Assembly: GCA_036394995.1 (NCBI GenBank)
Contig: DASWED010000111.1
Span: 72,330 to 136,329, forward strand
From: Actinomycetota bacterium
GTDB lineage: Bacteria; Actinomycetota; UBA4738; JACQTL01
Direction of reading: 5' to 3'
DNA: 64,000 nt
Part shown: one piece after another, positions 43,490 through 52,766 of the stretch
Layout: every line of letters begins with the position of its first letter
Numbering within the stretch: position 1 is the first letter of the stretch
Position numbers and translations under genes: made by a program
The notes under the pieces: model-generated
Database searches by the model: none
The model's input: the letters and a program-made list of their open reading frames with translations, nothing else
Told to the model about the DNA's origin: nothing

Positions 43490-45183
43490 GCGTCGAGGAG
43501 GTCAGCGAGCGGGTCGGGATGGTCCTCGGGACCGAGGACGCCACGCCACTCGAGTTCTGGGTGGGGATCGAGCCGGGCTCGTACCTCCAGCTGGACGACG
43601 CGGTGATCGTGGACACCGAGGTCCCCGGCCGCGGCCCGCTGCGGATCGCCGGGATCGTCCAGGACGTGCGCGCCCGTCACGAGGGGGCGCAGTTCGACAC
43701 CGACGTGTTCCTGGTGGACAAGGGCGTGCTGCCGGTGGACACCGCGGTGGCGGCGCAGGTGGTGGCCACGCGGTTCGAACCGGAGATCTTCGTTCCGCCG
43801 ATGCCGGGGCTCGCCGCGTTCCGGGCCCGGGGGAAGGACCGCGACGAGGCGCTCTACTTCGACCAGATGGCTCGCCGGCTGCCCGCGGGGCTCTCCCGGG
43901 ACGGCGAGCCGATCTTCCTCGACCTCGACTTCCTCGACGGCTCCCGCGGCGCACACGTGAACATCAGCGGGATCAGCGGCGTGGCCACGAAGACCACCTA
44001 CGCGTTGTTCCTGCTGTACGCGCTGTTCCATTCCGACGTGCTCGGGCCCGCGCGGGTGAACACGAAGGCGATCGTGTTCAACGTGAAGGGCGAGGACCTG
44101 CTGTGGCTGGACCGGGCCAACGCGCGGCTCACCGAACAGGACCGCGAGGACTACGCGCGGCTGGGGCTCCCGGCGGGTGCGTTCGAGTCGGTCGGGCTGT
44201 GGGCGCCGCCCCGAGGCGGCGCCGGGGGCTCGGCTGTGCCCCAGGTGGAGGGCCGGGCCGACGGCGTGCGGGCCTACTACTGGACCGTGCGGGAGTTCGT
44301 CCGGGAGAAGTTCCTGCGGTTCATGTTCGCGGAGGCCGAGGACGAGCGGTCCCAGATCGCCGACCTGGTCGCGAGGGTGGAGTCGTACCTCGACCGCGAG
44401 TGCGAGGACGACCCCGAGCACGACGCCACCGTCGTCCACGCCGGCCACGCCATCCGCTCGTTCGACGAGTTGTGCGAGGTCATCGAGGCGAACGTCGAGG
44501 ACGATGCGTCGGCGTGGCGGGGACGGCTCTCCGACGCCACCGTGGCCGCGTTCATCCGGCGGCTCCAGGCCGCGCGGTTCCGGCTGAACCAGAACCACCT
44601 GATCTGGGGGCGCGAGGCCGAGCATCCCGAGCGCCACCGCATCGACTGGGAGTCCACCCAGGTCACGGTGGTGGACATCCACAACCTCCACGACCGGGCC
44701 AAGCGGTTCGTGACCGGCGTGGTGATCAAGCGGCTGTTCGAACACAAGGAGCGGATGGGCCACCGCGAGCCGCTGCACTTCCTGGTGCTCGACGAGCTGA
44801 ACCGCTACGCGCCCCGCGAGGGATGGTCCCCGATCAAGGAGGTCCTGCTGGACGTGGCCGAGCGGGGGAGGTCGCTGGGGATGATCCTCATCGGCGCCGA
44901 GCAGACGGCCAGCGAGGTCGAACGCCGGGTCATCGCGAACTCAGCGTTCCGGGTGGTGGGCCGCCTGGACACCGCGGAGGCCCAGCGCAGCGAGTACGGC
45001 TTCCTCCCGGCGGTGACCCGCGCCCGCGCCTCCATCCTCAAGCCCGGGAGCATGATCCTCCAGCAGCCCCACATCCCGATCCCCATCCAGGTCCGCTTCC
45101 CGTTCCCCTCGTGGGCCACCCGAGCCGACGAAGCCACGAGCGAAGCATCGGGCGATCCCTTCGCCGCGTTCCGCGACGAGTGA
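43486..45183 (+). CDS. herA: HerA-like (DUF87/FtsK-HerA superfamily) ATPase
   Basis: 565 aa. N-terminal barrel segment GMVLGTEDATPLEFWVGIEPGSYLQLDDAVIV, P-loop region HVNISGISGVATKTTYALFLL (deviant, Thr before the Lys), Walker B HFLVLDELNRYAP and RSLGMILIGAEQTASEV. Confidence 0.8.
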   Translation: MSVEEVSERVGMVLGTEDATPLEFWVGIEPGSYLQLDDAVIVDTEVPGRGPLRIAGIVQDVRARHEGAQFDTDVFLVDKGVLPVDTAVAAQVVATRFEPEIFVPPMPGLAAFRARGKDRDEALYFDQMARRLPAGLSRDGEPIFLDLDFLDGSRGAHVNISGISGVATKTTYALFLLYALFHSDVLGPARVNTKAIVFNVKGEDLLWLDRANARLTEQDREDYARLGLPAGAFESVGLWAPPRGGAGGSAVPQVEGRADGVRAYYWTVREFVREKFLRFMFAEAEDERSQIADLVARVESYLDRECEDDPEHDATVVHAGHAIRSFDELCEVIEANVEDDASAWRGRLSDATVAAFIRRLQAARFRLNQNHLIWGREAEHPERHRIDWESTQVTVVDIHNLHDRAKRFVTGVVIKRLFEHKERMGHREPLHFLVLDELNRYAPREGWSPIKEVLLDVAERGRSLGMILIGAEQTASEVERRVIANSAFRVVGRLDTAEAQRSEYGFLPAVTRARASILKPGSMILQQPHIPIPIQVRFPFPSWATRADEATSEASGDPFAAFRDE

Positions 45184-45425
45184 AGGTCAGCACAAGCGGG
45201 CTTCCGTCCGTGAAGGAAGAACGGAGCTCAGTGCTGCAGACGCCTTGTTGCGTGCTGCGCCTCGACGGCCAGGGCCATTGCCTCATCCTCGGGCATGGGA
45301 TCTCTCGCCCAGAGCCGCTCGAGCAGCTCGAGTTCCCGGCCGCCCGAGATCGGCTCTTCGGTGCTTTGGCCCTTGGAGTCGCATTCGTCCTGCATCGCCG
45401 ACATCATCTCAACGAATCGCAGGGG

Positions 45426-47392
45426 CTACGGCTGGATGCGGGCGACCGTGGCATCGCCCTTCGTGATCCAGACCGACTGCGCACCGGACGCGGCTCCGGC
45501 CGGGCCGATCCCGACCGGGACGATCGCCACGACGCGGTTCGTGAGCGGGTCGATCCGAGCCACCGTTCCGTCGACGAGCTGGGTCACCCACAACGAGCCG
45601 GCCGAGAATGTCATCCCGAACGGAGCCGGGCCGACGTCGATCGCCGCGACGATTCGCCTTGTGACCGGGTCGATGCGGGTCACCACCCCGTGCCGTTCGC
45701 CGCCGTTCGCCACCCACAGTGCCCCGCCGCCGAAGGCCACCGCCACCGCGCCGGCGGGCACCGGGATGGTCGTCGGGCGGCGGAACGAGAGCGGATCGAT
45801 CCTGGAGACCGAATCGTCGGCGACGTTCGCCACCCACACGGCCCCGCCGCCGGACGTGATGGCCACGGGGCCGGCTCCCACTCGGAACGTCCGCAGCGCG
45901 CTGAAAGTGCCTCGTTCGATGTCGGAGACGGTGTTGCTGGCGGCGTTCGCGACCCACGCCTCCGACTTGGTCAAGACCACGCCCTCGGGGGCCCGTCCGA
46001 ATTCGATGGACCCGATCACTCGGTTTGTCGCGGTGTCGATCTTCGACACGGTCCCGTCGCCGGCATTCGCGACCCACACGCGGCTGGCTGTGGCCGCGAC
46101 CGACTGCGGGTTCGACCCGACCTGGATCGTCGCAACGACGCTGTTCGTGGCGGGATCGATCCGGCTCACCGTGCCGTCGACGGAGTTGACGACCCACAGC
46201 GAACCGGCCCCGAACGTCGCCGCGACGGGGCGCTGGCCGACCGGGATCGTGGCGATGACCGTATTCGGTGCGGCCGCGTGTCGGCCACCGTGTCGTGACG
46301 AGACGAACGCGAGGGCCGCCGCACCGAGAACCGCGATCGCGGTCACCAGGGCGAGGGCGGTTCGAACGCGTCTCCTTCGGGGACGGACCTGGTGCGTCTC
46401 GGAAGGCTCCGTTCGCGGCGGGGGCGGGAGGACCCGCAGAGGCGGTGGCTCGGCGATCTTCGTCCGCGCGAGCGGCGCCTGATCCACCCGTTCGGTCGGT
46501 GCCGTGGACGAGACAGGCTCCTCGCCGGAGGCCTGGATCCCCGACGGCATGAGCGCCTGCTTGGTCGCCTCCAGCAGCTCGGCGCACGTGGCGAACCGCT
46601 GCTCAGGGTCTTTGGCCATGGCCCGCGCCACCACGACGTCGAGTCCGGTCGGGAGCTCGGGCCGCACCGACGTGACGGGCGGGGGTTCGTTCTGGAGGTG
46701 GCCGTACATCACCCCAGCGTCGGTGGTCTCCGGGAACGGGACCGAGCCCGTGAGGCATTTGAACAGGACACAGCCCAGGGAGTAGATGTCGGCGCGGCCA
46801 TCGAGCTCCTCGCCGCGGAACACCTCGGGCGCCGTGTAGTCGAGGGTCCCCACCAGGTGGCCGGTCCGGGTGAGCTTCGTGGGGGTCAGGAGCCGCTTCA
46901 CTAGGCCGAAGTCGGTCAGGAACGCGCGCTCCCGGCCGCCGGCCGTCCGGGAGGGTTCGATCATGACGTTGCCGGGCTTCACGTCCCGGTGCAGGAGCCC
47001 GTGGGCGTGGGCGAAATCGAGAGCCCGGCCCACGGCGGCCATCACCCGGAAGGTTCGGGCCGGGCTCAGCTTGCCCTCGAGGTCGATGAGCGCGCCCAGG
47101 TCGGTTCCCCGGACGTAGCGCATCGCGCTGTAGAGGACGCCGTCGGCCTCCCCGGCGTCTAGACCGGAATGATGTTCGGATGCTCCAGGGAGCCGGCCAG
47201 GTCGGACTCCCGGATAAACCGCTCCCGGAACTCGGGGTCCTCGGCGAGCTCCGAGGAGAGCACCTTCAGGGCGGCCTTGCGGGTCGCCATCCGGACGTGC
47301 TGCGCGAGGTAGACCGTCCCCATCCCACCGCGCCCGATCAGCCAGTCCACCCGGTAATTCCCCAGGACGGCGCCAGCCCGAAGCTCGGCCAT
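45426..47392 (-). pseudogene. Hanks-type Ser/Thr protein kinase - TM - YVTN beta-propeller, split by a 1-nt frame break at 47160..47161
   Basis: The N-lobe (YRVDWLIGRGGMGTVYLA, AALKVL, HPNIIPV) ends at a TAG at 47159..47161. One frame over, the sequence continues DAGEADGVLYSAMRYVRGTDL...HRDVKPGNVMI...DFGLV...GTLDYTAPE, then a TM helix and ~7 YVTN repeats. Restoring one base in the ta(Y) codon gives an intact ~655-aa kinase. Confidence 0.8.
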
Positions 47393-47504
47393 GTCACGCG
47401 GGTTGTACTGCCGAACGACCTCCCGGCGCAATCCCCGGCGCGCAGTGACAGGAATGACAACGGTGTGACTTGGGTCACGGCGTGGGGGTAGGCTCGCCGG
47501 TGGG

Positions 47505-48659
47505 ATGAAGTTCCTGCACACGGGGGACTGGCACGTCGGGAAGGCCATCCGGGGCCGGTCGCGGATGGACGAGTTCGAACGGGCCCTGGACCAGGTGGTG
47601 GGCATCGCCGTGGACGAACGGGTCGACGCCGTGCTGGTCGCCGGCGACCTGTACGAGCATCGCAGCGCGGCGCCGGACGCGGATCGCATGGTGTTCGAGT
47701 CGCTGCTCCGGCTGCACTCGAACGGCATCCCGGTGGTGGCCATCCCGGGGAACCACGACTCCGCCCTCCGGTTCGAGGCGTTCGCGGGGTTGCTGAAGGC
47801 GGTGGACGTGGACGTGGCCTCCAGGGTGCTGCCCCCGGAGCAGGGCGGGGTCATCGCGCTCGGCTCCCGCGACGGGACGCAGACGCTCCGCGTGGCGTGC
47901 GTGCCGTTCGTGCCGGAGCGGCGGTTCGGCAGCGCCGTGGAGCTCTTCCAGTCGACCGAGGCGTGGTTCCAGTCCTACGCCGAGGGGATGGGGAACCTCA
48001 TGGACGCCATGGCCGCGGGGTTCGAGCCCGACGCGGTCAACGTGGTCCTGGCGCACCTGTTCGCGGCGGGCGCGAAGCTCGGGGGCGGGGAGCGCGAGGT
48101 CACCGTGGGGCTGGACTACGCGGTGCCGGCCTCCCGGCTGCCGGCGAACGCGTCGTACCTGGCGCTCGGGCACATCCACCGGCCCCAGCGGATCCCGGGG
48201 AGCCGGGCCCCCGCCCGGTACGCGGGATCGCTGATCCAGCTCGACTTCGGCGAGACCGAACAGGACAAGTCGGTGGCCATCGTGGAGGCGGATCCCGGCC
48301 GCCCGGCGAAGGTCCGTGAGGTCTCGGTGACCGCGGGCCGGAGGCTGGTCGACGTCGAGGGCACCCTGGACCAGGTCCACATCCGGGCGGCCGACCTCGG
48401 CGACGCGTTTCTCCGCGTGTTCGTCGACACCGACGGCCCGGTCCCGGGCATCGCCGACCAGGTGAGAGACCTCCTGCCGAACGCCGTGGACGTCCACCTC
48501 CGGTACGAACGGGACGAAGGGGCCGCGGCGGGCCCGCCGCTTTCCAGCCTGAAGCCGCGGGAGCAGTTCGAGGCCTACGTCCGGGCGGAGCACGGCGCCG
48601 ATCCCGACCCGGCGCTCATGGCCGCGTTCGACGAGGTGGCCGAGGCGGAGGAGGGCTGA
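47505..48659 (+). CDS. sbcD: exonuclease SbcD / Mre11-family nuclease
   Basis: MKFLHTGDWHVGK, VLVAGDLYEH, IPGNHDS and LAHLF. These are the calcineurin-like phosphoesterase motifs of SbcD. Confidence 0.9.
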   Translation: MKFLHTGDWHVGKAIRGRSRMDEFERALDQVVGIAVDERVDAVLVAGDLYEHRSAAPDADRMVFESLLRLHSNGIPVVAIPGNHDSALRFEAFAGLLKAVDVDVASRVLPPEQGGVIALGSRDGTQTLRVACVPFVPERRFGSAVELFQSTEAWFQSYAEGMGNLMDAMAAGFEPDAVNVVLAHLFAAGAKLGGGEREVTVGLDYAVPASRLPANASYLALGHIHRPQRIPGSRAPARYAGSLIQLDFGETEQDKSVAIVEADPGRPAKVREVSVTAGRRLVDVEGTLDQVHIRAADLGDAFLRVFVDTDGPVPGIADQVRDLLPNAVDVHLRYERDEGAAAGPPLSSLKPREQFEAYVRAEHGADPDPALMAAFDEVAEAEEG

Positions 48660-48664
48660 AGAGA

Positions 48665-51244
48665 GTGCGCCCGGTGAAGCTCGAGATCAAGGGGTTCACG
48701 TCGTTCCGCGACGAGCAGGTGGTGGACTTCGACGGGCTCGACCTGTTCGCGATCGTCGGGCCCACCGGCTCAGGGAAGTCGAGCGTGCTCGACGCCATGA
48801 CCTACGCGCTGTTCGGCCAGGTGGACCGGGTGGATGGCAGCGAGACCCCCATGCGCGAGATGGTCAGCCAGGGCCAGCCCCGGATGGCGGTGGCGCTGGA
48901 GTTCGAGGTCGGGGCCGACCGGTACAGGGTCACGCGTTCGATGCCGCGCTCGGGCGCCACGAGGATCCTCCTCCAGCGGTGGGAGGGCGGGGAGTGGCGG
49001 CAGGCGGGCGAGGGGGCCGACCGGGTCCGTGACGCGAACCGCAAGCTCCAGGACCTCATCGGCCTGGACTTCGACGGGTTCACCCGCTCGGTGCTCCTGC
49101 CGCAGGGGAAATTCTCCGCGTTCATGTCGGGCGACGCGAAGGAGCGCCGCGACATCCTCACCGACCTCCTCGGGCTGTCGCTGTTCGACCGGATGGGGAA
49201 GCGGGCCAGGCAGGTCGCGAAGGAGTCGAAGGAGAAGGCCGACACCGTCGAGGAGCTGATCGAATCGCAGTTCGCCGGGGCCACGCCCGAGGCCCTGGAC
49301 GGGGCCCGGCGGGCGGCGCAGTCGGTCGCGGAGCGCCGGGACGCCCTGACCGAGGCCGGCGAACGGGTGCGGGGGATCGTCGACCGGTGGCGGGCGGTCG
49401 CCAAGGACGTCGCGGATCTCCGTTCGTGCGCCTCGGAGGCGGCCGGGCTGGCCCGGACGGCGGCCCGGCACGCGGAGACGCTGGAGGCCTTGGCCGCGGC
49501 CGCCGCGAAGGCGGACCGGGGCGTGACGGACGCGGAGACCGCGGCCGCCGCCGCCGGGGAGGCGAGGGACGCGGCCGGGTCGGCGCGCGAGGCCGCCGAG
49601 CGCGAGTGGGGGACCGCGGCCGACCTGGCCAGGGCCCACGCGGAGGCCGTGCGGCTGGCCCTGGCCCGAGGCGAGCTGCGCCGCCGCCGGGGCGTCCTGG
49701 AGCAGGCCGAGCGGGCCGTTCCGGAGTCTGCCGCGGCCGTCGAGGAAGCCGAACGGGCGCTGGACGGAGCGAACGCGGAATCCGAGCGCCTGCGATCAGA
49801 CCACGGTGCCGCGGCTGCAGCCCTCGAGGACGTTCGCCACGCCGACCAGGTGTCGGCGATGGTGTCGAACCTGGCCGTCGGCGACCCCTGCCCGGTGTGC
49901 GGGGAGCCCCTGGCGAAGCTTCCCGATGCTCCCGGCGCGAAGGCCATGAAGGCCGCCGAACGGGGGGAGGCCGGGTCCCGCACGGCCGCGGAAGCCGCGG
50001 CGCGGGCCGCCGGGGAGGCCGAGCGGGCGCTGGACCGGGCCCGGGCCGCGATGCAGGCCGCGGAGCGGGAACGCGATGCGGCGGCCGGGGAGGCCGAACG
50101 ATGCGGCATCGAGGTCGCCGGGCTGGAGGCCGCGATCGGCAGGCTGCTCCCGGAGGCCGTGGACGACCCCGCCGCCGAGCTGGCGTCCCGCTCCGCCCGC
50201 CTGGAGGGGCTGGTTCGGGCCGAACGGGATGCGGAGGCAACCGCGGCCGCCGCCGACCGGGCGGCGCAGGAGGCCCGCGGGGCCCGCGAGCGCATCCGGG
50301 GCGATGCCGGGGCGTCCCGGGCCGGACTGGATGGCATCTCGGTGGCGTCCCTGGCGGAGCGGGCGTCCGCGATCGCCCCGGACCTGGAGGCACCCGCACT
50401 CCCGGACCTTCCCGCGTCCGAGGACATCCCCGCATTGGCCGTCTCGGCTCGCCTCCGGGCGGACGCCCTGGCCAGGTACGGCGGATCCGTGGAGGGGGCC
50501 GCGACCGACCGGGCCGCTTCTGAGGGCGCGTTCGTGGACGAAGCTCGCGGCGCCGTGACCGGGCTGGGGATCGAGCCCGGCGCCCCGGACGGCCTCGACG
50601 GGCTCGCCGCCGACGTGGATCGCGCGGTCCGGGACGCGGTGGCCGAGGCGTCCGCGCGGCAGGGAGATGCCGAGCGGCTCGAGCTCGACCTGGCCAGGGT
50701 GGCCGAGCTCCGCGAACAGGTCCGGACCCTTCGGGCCCGGGCCGCCGTCTTCCGCCAGCTGGCCCAGGAGCTCCAGGCGGACCGGCTCATCGCGTTCCTC
50801 CAGGCCGAGGCCCTCCGCCTCCTGGCGGTGGACGGTGCGCGGCGTTTGTCGGCGCTCTCGAGCGGCCGCTACGCGCTGGAGTACGACCACGACGAGTTCC
50901 TGGTGCTCGACCGGTGGAACGGCGACGAGACCAGGAGCGTCCGGACGCTCTCGGGCGGAGAGACCTTCCTGGCGTCCCTGGCCCTGGCGCTGGCCCTGGC
51001 CGAACAGGTCTCGAGCCTGGCCGTCACCGAGCACGCGTCGCTCGACAGCCTGTTCCTCGACGAGGGGTTCGGCACGCTCGACCCCGAGACCCTGGACGTG
51101 GTGGTGGAGGCTATCGAGCAGCTCGGCGGCGACGGCCGAATGGTCGGCGTGATCACCCACGTCCGGGACCTGGCCGACCGCCTCCCCGCCCGCCTCGAGG
51201 TGACGAAGTCTCCGCGAGGCAGCACGGTCAGCCGCGCCGTCTGA
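48665..51244 (+). CDS. sbcC: SbcC / Rad50-family ATPase
   Basis: Walker A IVGPTGSGKSSVLDAM, a long Ala/Arg/Glu coiled coil with zinc hook CPVCGEPL, signature LSGGETFLASLALALAL and Walker B LFLDEGFGTLD. Confidence 0.9.
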   Translation: MRPVKLEIKGFTSFRDEQVVDFDGLDLFAIVGPTGSGKSSVLDAMTYALFGQVDRVDGSETPMREMVSQGQPRMAVALEFEVGADRYRVTRSMPRSGATRILLQRWEGGEWRQAGEGADRVRDANRKLQDLIGLDFDGFTRSVLLPQGKFSAFMSGDAKERRDILTDLLGLSLFDRMGKRARQVAKESKEKADTVEELIESQFAGATPEALDGARRAAQSVAERRDALTEAGERVRGIVDRWRAVAKDVADLRSCASEAAGLARTAARHAETLEALAAAAAKADRGVTDAETAAAAAGEARDAAGSAREAAEREWGTAADLARAHAEAVRLALARGELRRRRGVLEQAERAVPESAAAVEEAERALDGANAESERLRSDHGAAAAALEDVRHADQVSAMVSNLAVGDPCPVCGEPLAKLPDAPGAKAMKAAERGEAGSRTAAEAAARAAGEAERALDRARAAMQAAERERDAAAGEAERCGIEVAGLEAAIGRLLPEAVDDPAAELASRSARLEGLVRAERDAEATAAAADRAAQEARGARERIRGDAGASRAGLDGISVASLAERASAIAPDLEAPALPDLPASEDIPALAVSARLRADALARYGGSVEGAATDRAASEGAFVDEARGAVTGLGIEPGAPDGLDGLAADVDRAVRDAVAEASARQGDAERLELDLARVAELREQVRTLRARAAVFRQLAQELQADRLIAFLQAEALRLLAVDGARRLSALSSGRYALEYDHDEFLVLDRWNGDETRSVRTLSGGETFLASLALALALAEQVSSLAVTEHASLDSLFLDEGFGTLDPETLDVVVEAIEQLGGDGRMVGVITHVRDLADRLPARLEVTKSPRGSTVSRAV

Positions 51245-51253
51245 CCTCGGGGA

Positions 51254-52687
51254 TCAGGCCACCCGGTCGTTCCTCCGCAGCGCGGCCTCGGCGGCGTAGT
51301 AGCCGCACATGCCGTGGACGCCCGCACCGGGGGGCGTCGATGCCGAGCAGAGGTAGATGCCGTCGGCAGGGGTCGAGTAGGGGTCGAGCGACGGCGCCGG
51401 CCGGGCGAACAACTGGAAGCCGCCGTGGGCGCCGCCGGCGATGTCGCCTCCCACGTAGTTCGGGTTGTACCGCTCGAGGTCGGCCGGCCCCATGGTGTGG
51501 CGGCCGGAGACCAGGGCCCGGAAGCCCGGGGCGAACCGAGCGATCTGGTCCTCGATCCGCTCGGTCATGTCCACGGTCGAGCCGTTCGGCACGTGGCAGT
51601 AGGCCCAGACCGTGTGCCGGCCCTCCGGGGCGCGCGTCCCGTCGAACCGGGTGGCCTGGACGAGGAGCACGAACGGCCGCTCCGGGTGCTCTCCCCGGCC
51701 GACGTCCGACTCGGACGCCGCGATCTCCTCGAGCGTTCCGCCGAGGTGCACGGTCCCCGCCCCCGCGCATTCCGAGGCCCGCCACGGCAGCGGCCCGTCC
51801 AGCGCGAGATCGACCTTGAACACCCCCGGCCCGTGGCGGAACCGCCCGAGCCGGTCGCGGTAGGACGCGGGCAGCCGGTCGCCGGCGATCCCGGCCAGCG
51901 CCGACGGGGTCAGGTCGAACAGGTACTGCCGGGCCGGGGGGAGGTCGCCCATCGACCGCCCCGGGGTCCCGGTTCGCACCTCGCCGCCGAGCGACGTCAG
52001 CAGGCCGGCCAGCGCGTCGGGGAGGCCCTGCGATCCGCCGGCGACCACGGGCCATCCCACCGCGTGCGCCGCCGCGCCGAGCAGCAACCCGAACGCGGCG
52101 GTGAGCCGATCGTCGAGGGGCAGCACGGAATGCGCCGCGAGGCCGGCGAACAGCGCGCGGGCCCGTTCGCCGTCGAACGACCCCTCCGCGACCGCCCGGG
52201 CAGACCGGACACCGTGGAGTCCGAACCGGCCCAGGAGCACCGGGTGGCGCGGCGGCCGGAGCGGACCCATGACCTGTTCGGCCAGGTCGTCGAACCGGTC
52301 GACGAACGGCTCGAACAGCCGCCGCCAGGCCCTCCCGTCGGCGCCCAGCCCCGAGGCCGTCTCCGTCATCGAGCGGTCGAGCACGACCGCCGTCCCGTCG
52401 TCCAGCGGATGCGCCAGGGGCACGTCGGGATGGACGAACTCCAGCCCGTGGTCCGCGAGCGGAAGGCCCCGGAAGAACGGCGACGCCACGGCGAACGGGT
52501 GGACCGACGAGCAGATGTCGTGGACGAACCCGGGGATGGTGAGTGGTCCCGATCGGCTGCCCCCGCCAACGGCGCGCGACCGTTCCAGCACCAGCACCGA
52601 CCGGCCCGACCGGGCCAGGTGCACCGCCGCGGCCAGCCCGTTCGGGCCGGCCCCGACCACCACCGCGTCCAGCTCGTCCGCCGCCAT
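51254..52687 (-). CDS. FAD-dependent oxidoreductase, phytoene-desaturase (CrtI)-like family
   Basis: 477 aa from the ATG at 52687. Dinucleotide fold DAVVVGAGPNGLAAAVHLARSGRSVLVLE and the C-terminal GIYLCSASTPPGAGVHG motif typical of the CrtI/amine-oxidase family. Confidence 0.8.
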   Translation of the reverse strand: MAADELDAVVVGAGPNGLAAAVHLARSGRSVLVLERSRAVGGGSRSGPLTIPGFVHDICSSVHPFAVASPFFRGLPLADHGLEFVHPDVPLAHPLDDGTAVVLDRSMTETASGLGADGRAWRRLFEPFVDRFDDLAEQVMGPLRPPRHPVLLGRFGLHGVRSARAVAEGSFDGERARALFAGLAAHSVLPLDDRLTAAFGLLLGAAAHAVGWPVVAGGSQGLPDALAGLLTSLGGEVRTGTPGRSMGDLPPARQYLFDLTPSALAGIAGDRLPASYRDRLGRFRHGPGVFKVDLALDGPLPWRASECAGAGTVHLGGTLEEIAASESDVGRGEHPERPFVLLVQATRFDGTRAPEGRHTVWAYCHVPNGSTVDMTERIEDQIARFAPGFRALVSGRHTMGPADLERYNPNYVGGDIAGGAHGGFQLFARPAPSLDPYSTPADGIYLCSASTPPGAGVHGMCGYYAAEAALRRNDRVA

Positions 52688-52766
52688 CTCCCTGCCGGAG
52701 GGTATCCGCAACCGCACGCCCGAGGCCGTCCGGACGTCCCCCGCCACTCCGCTACGATCGCGCTCG

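Noticed and set aside
49300-50700. Low-complexity Ala/Arg/Glu-rich region with many overlapping ORFs in all frames.
   Set aside because: This is the coiled-coil arm of SbcC (with the CPVCG zinc hook at its centre). The competing ORFs are composition-driven.
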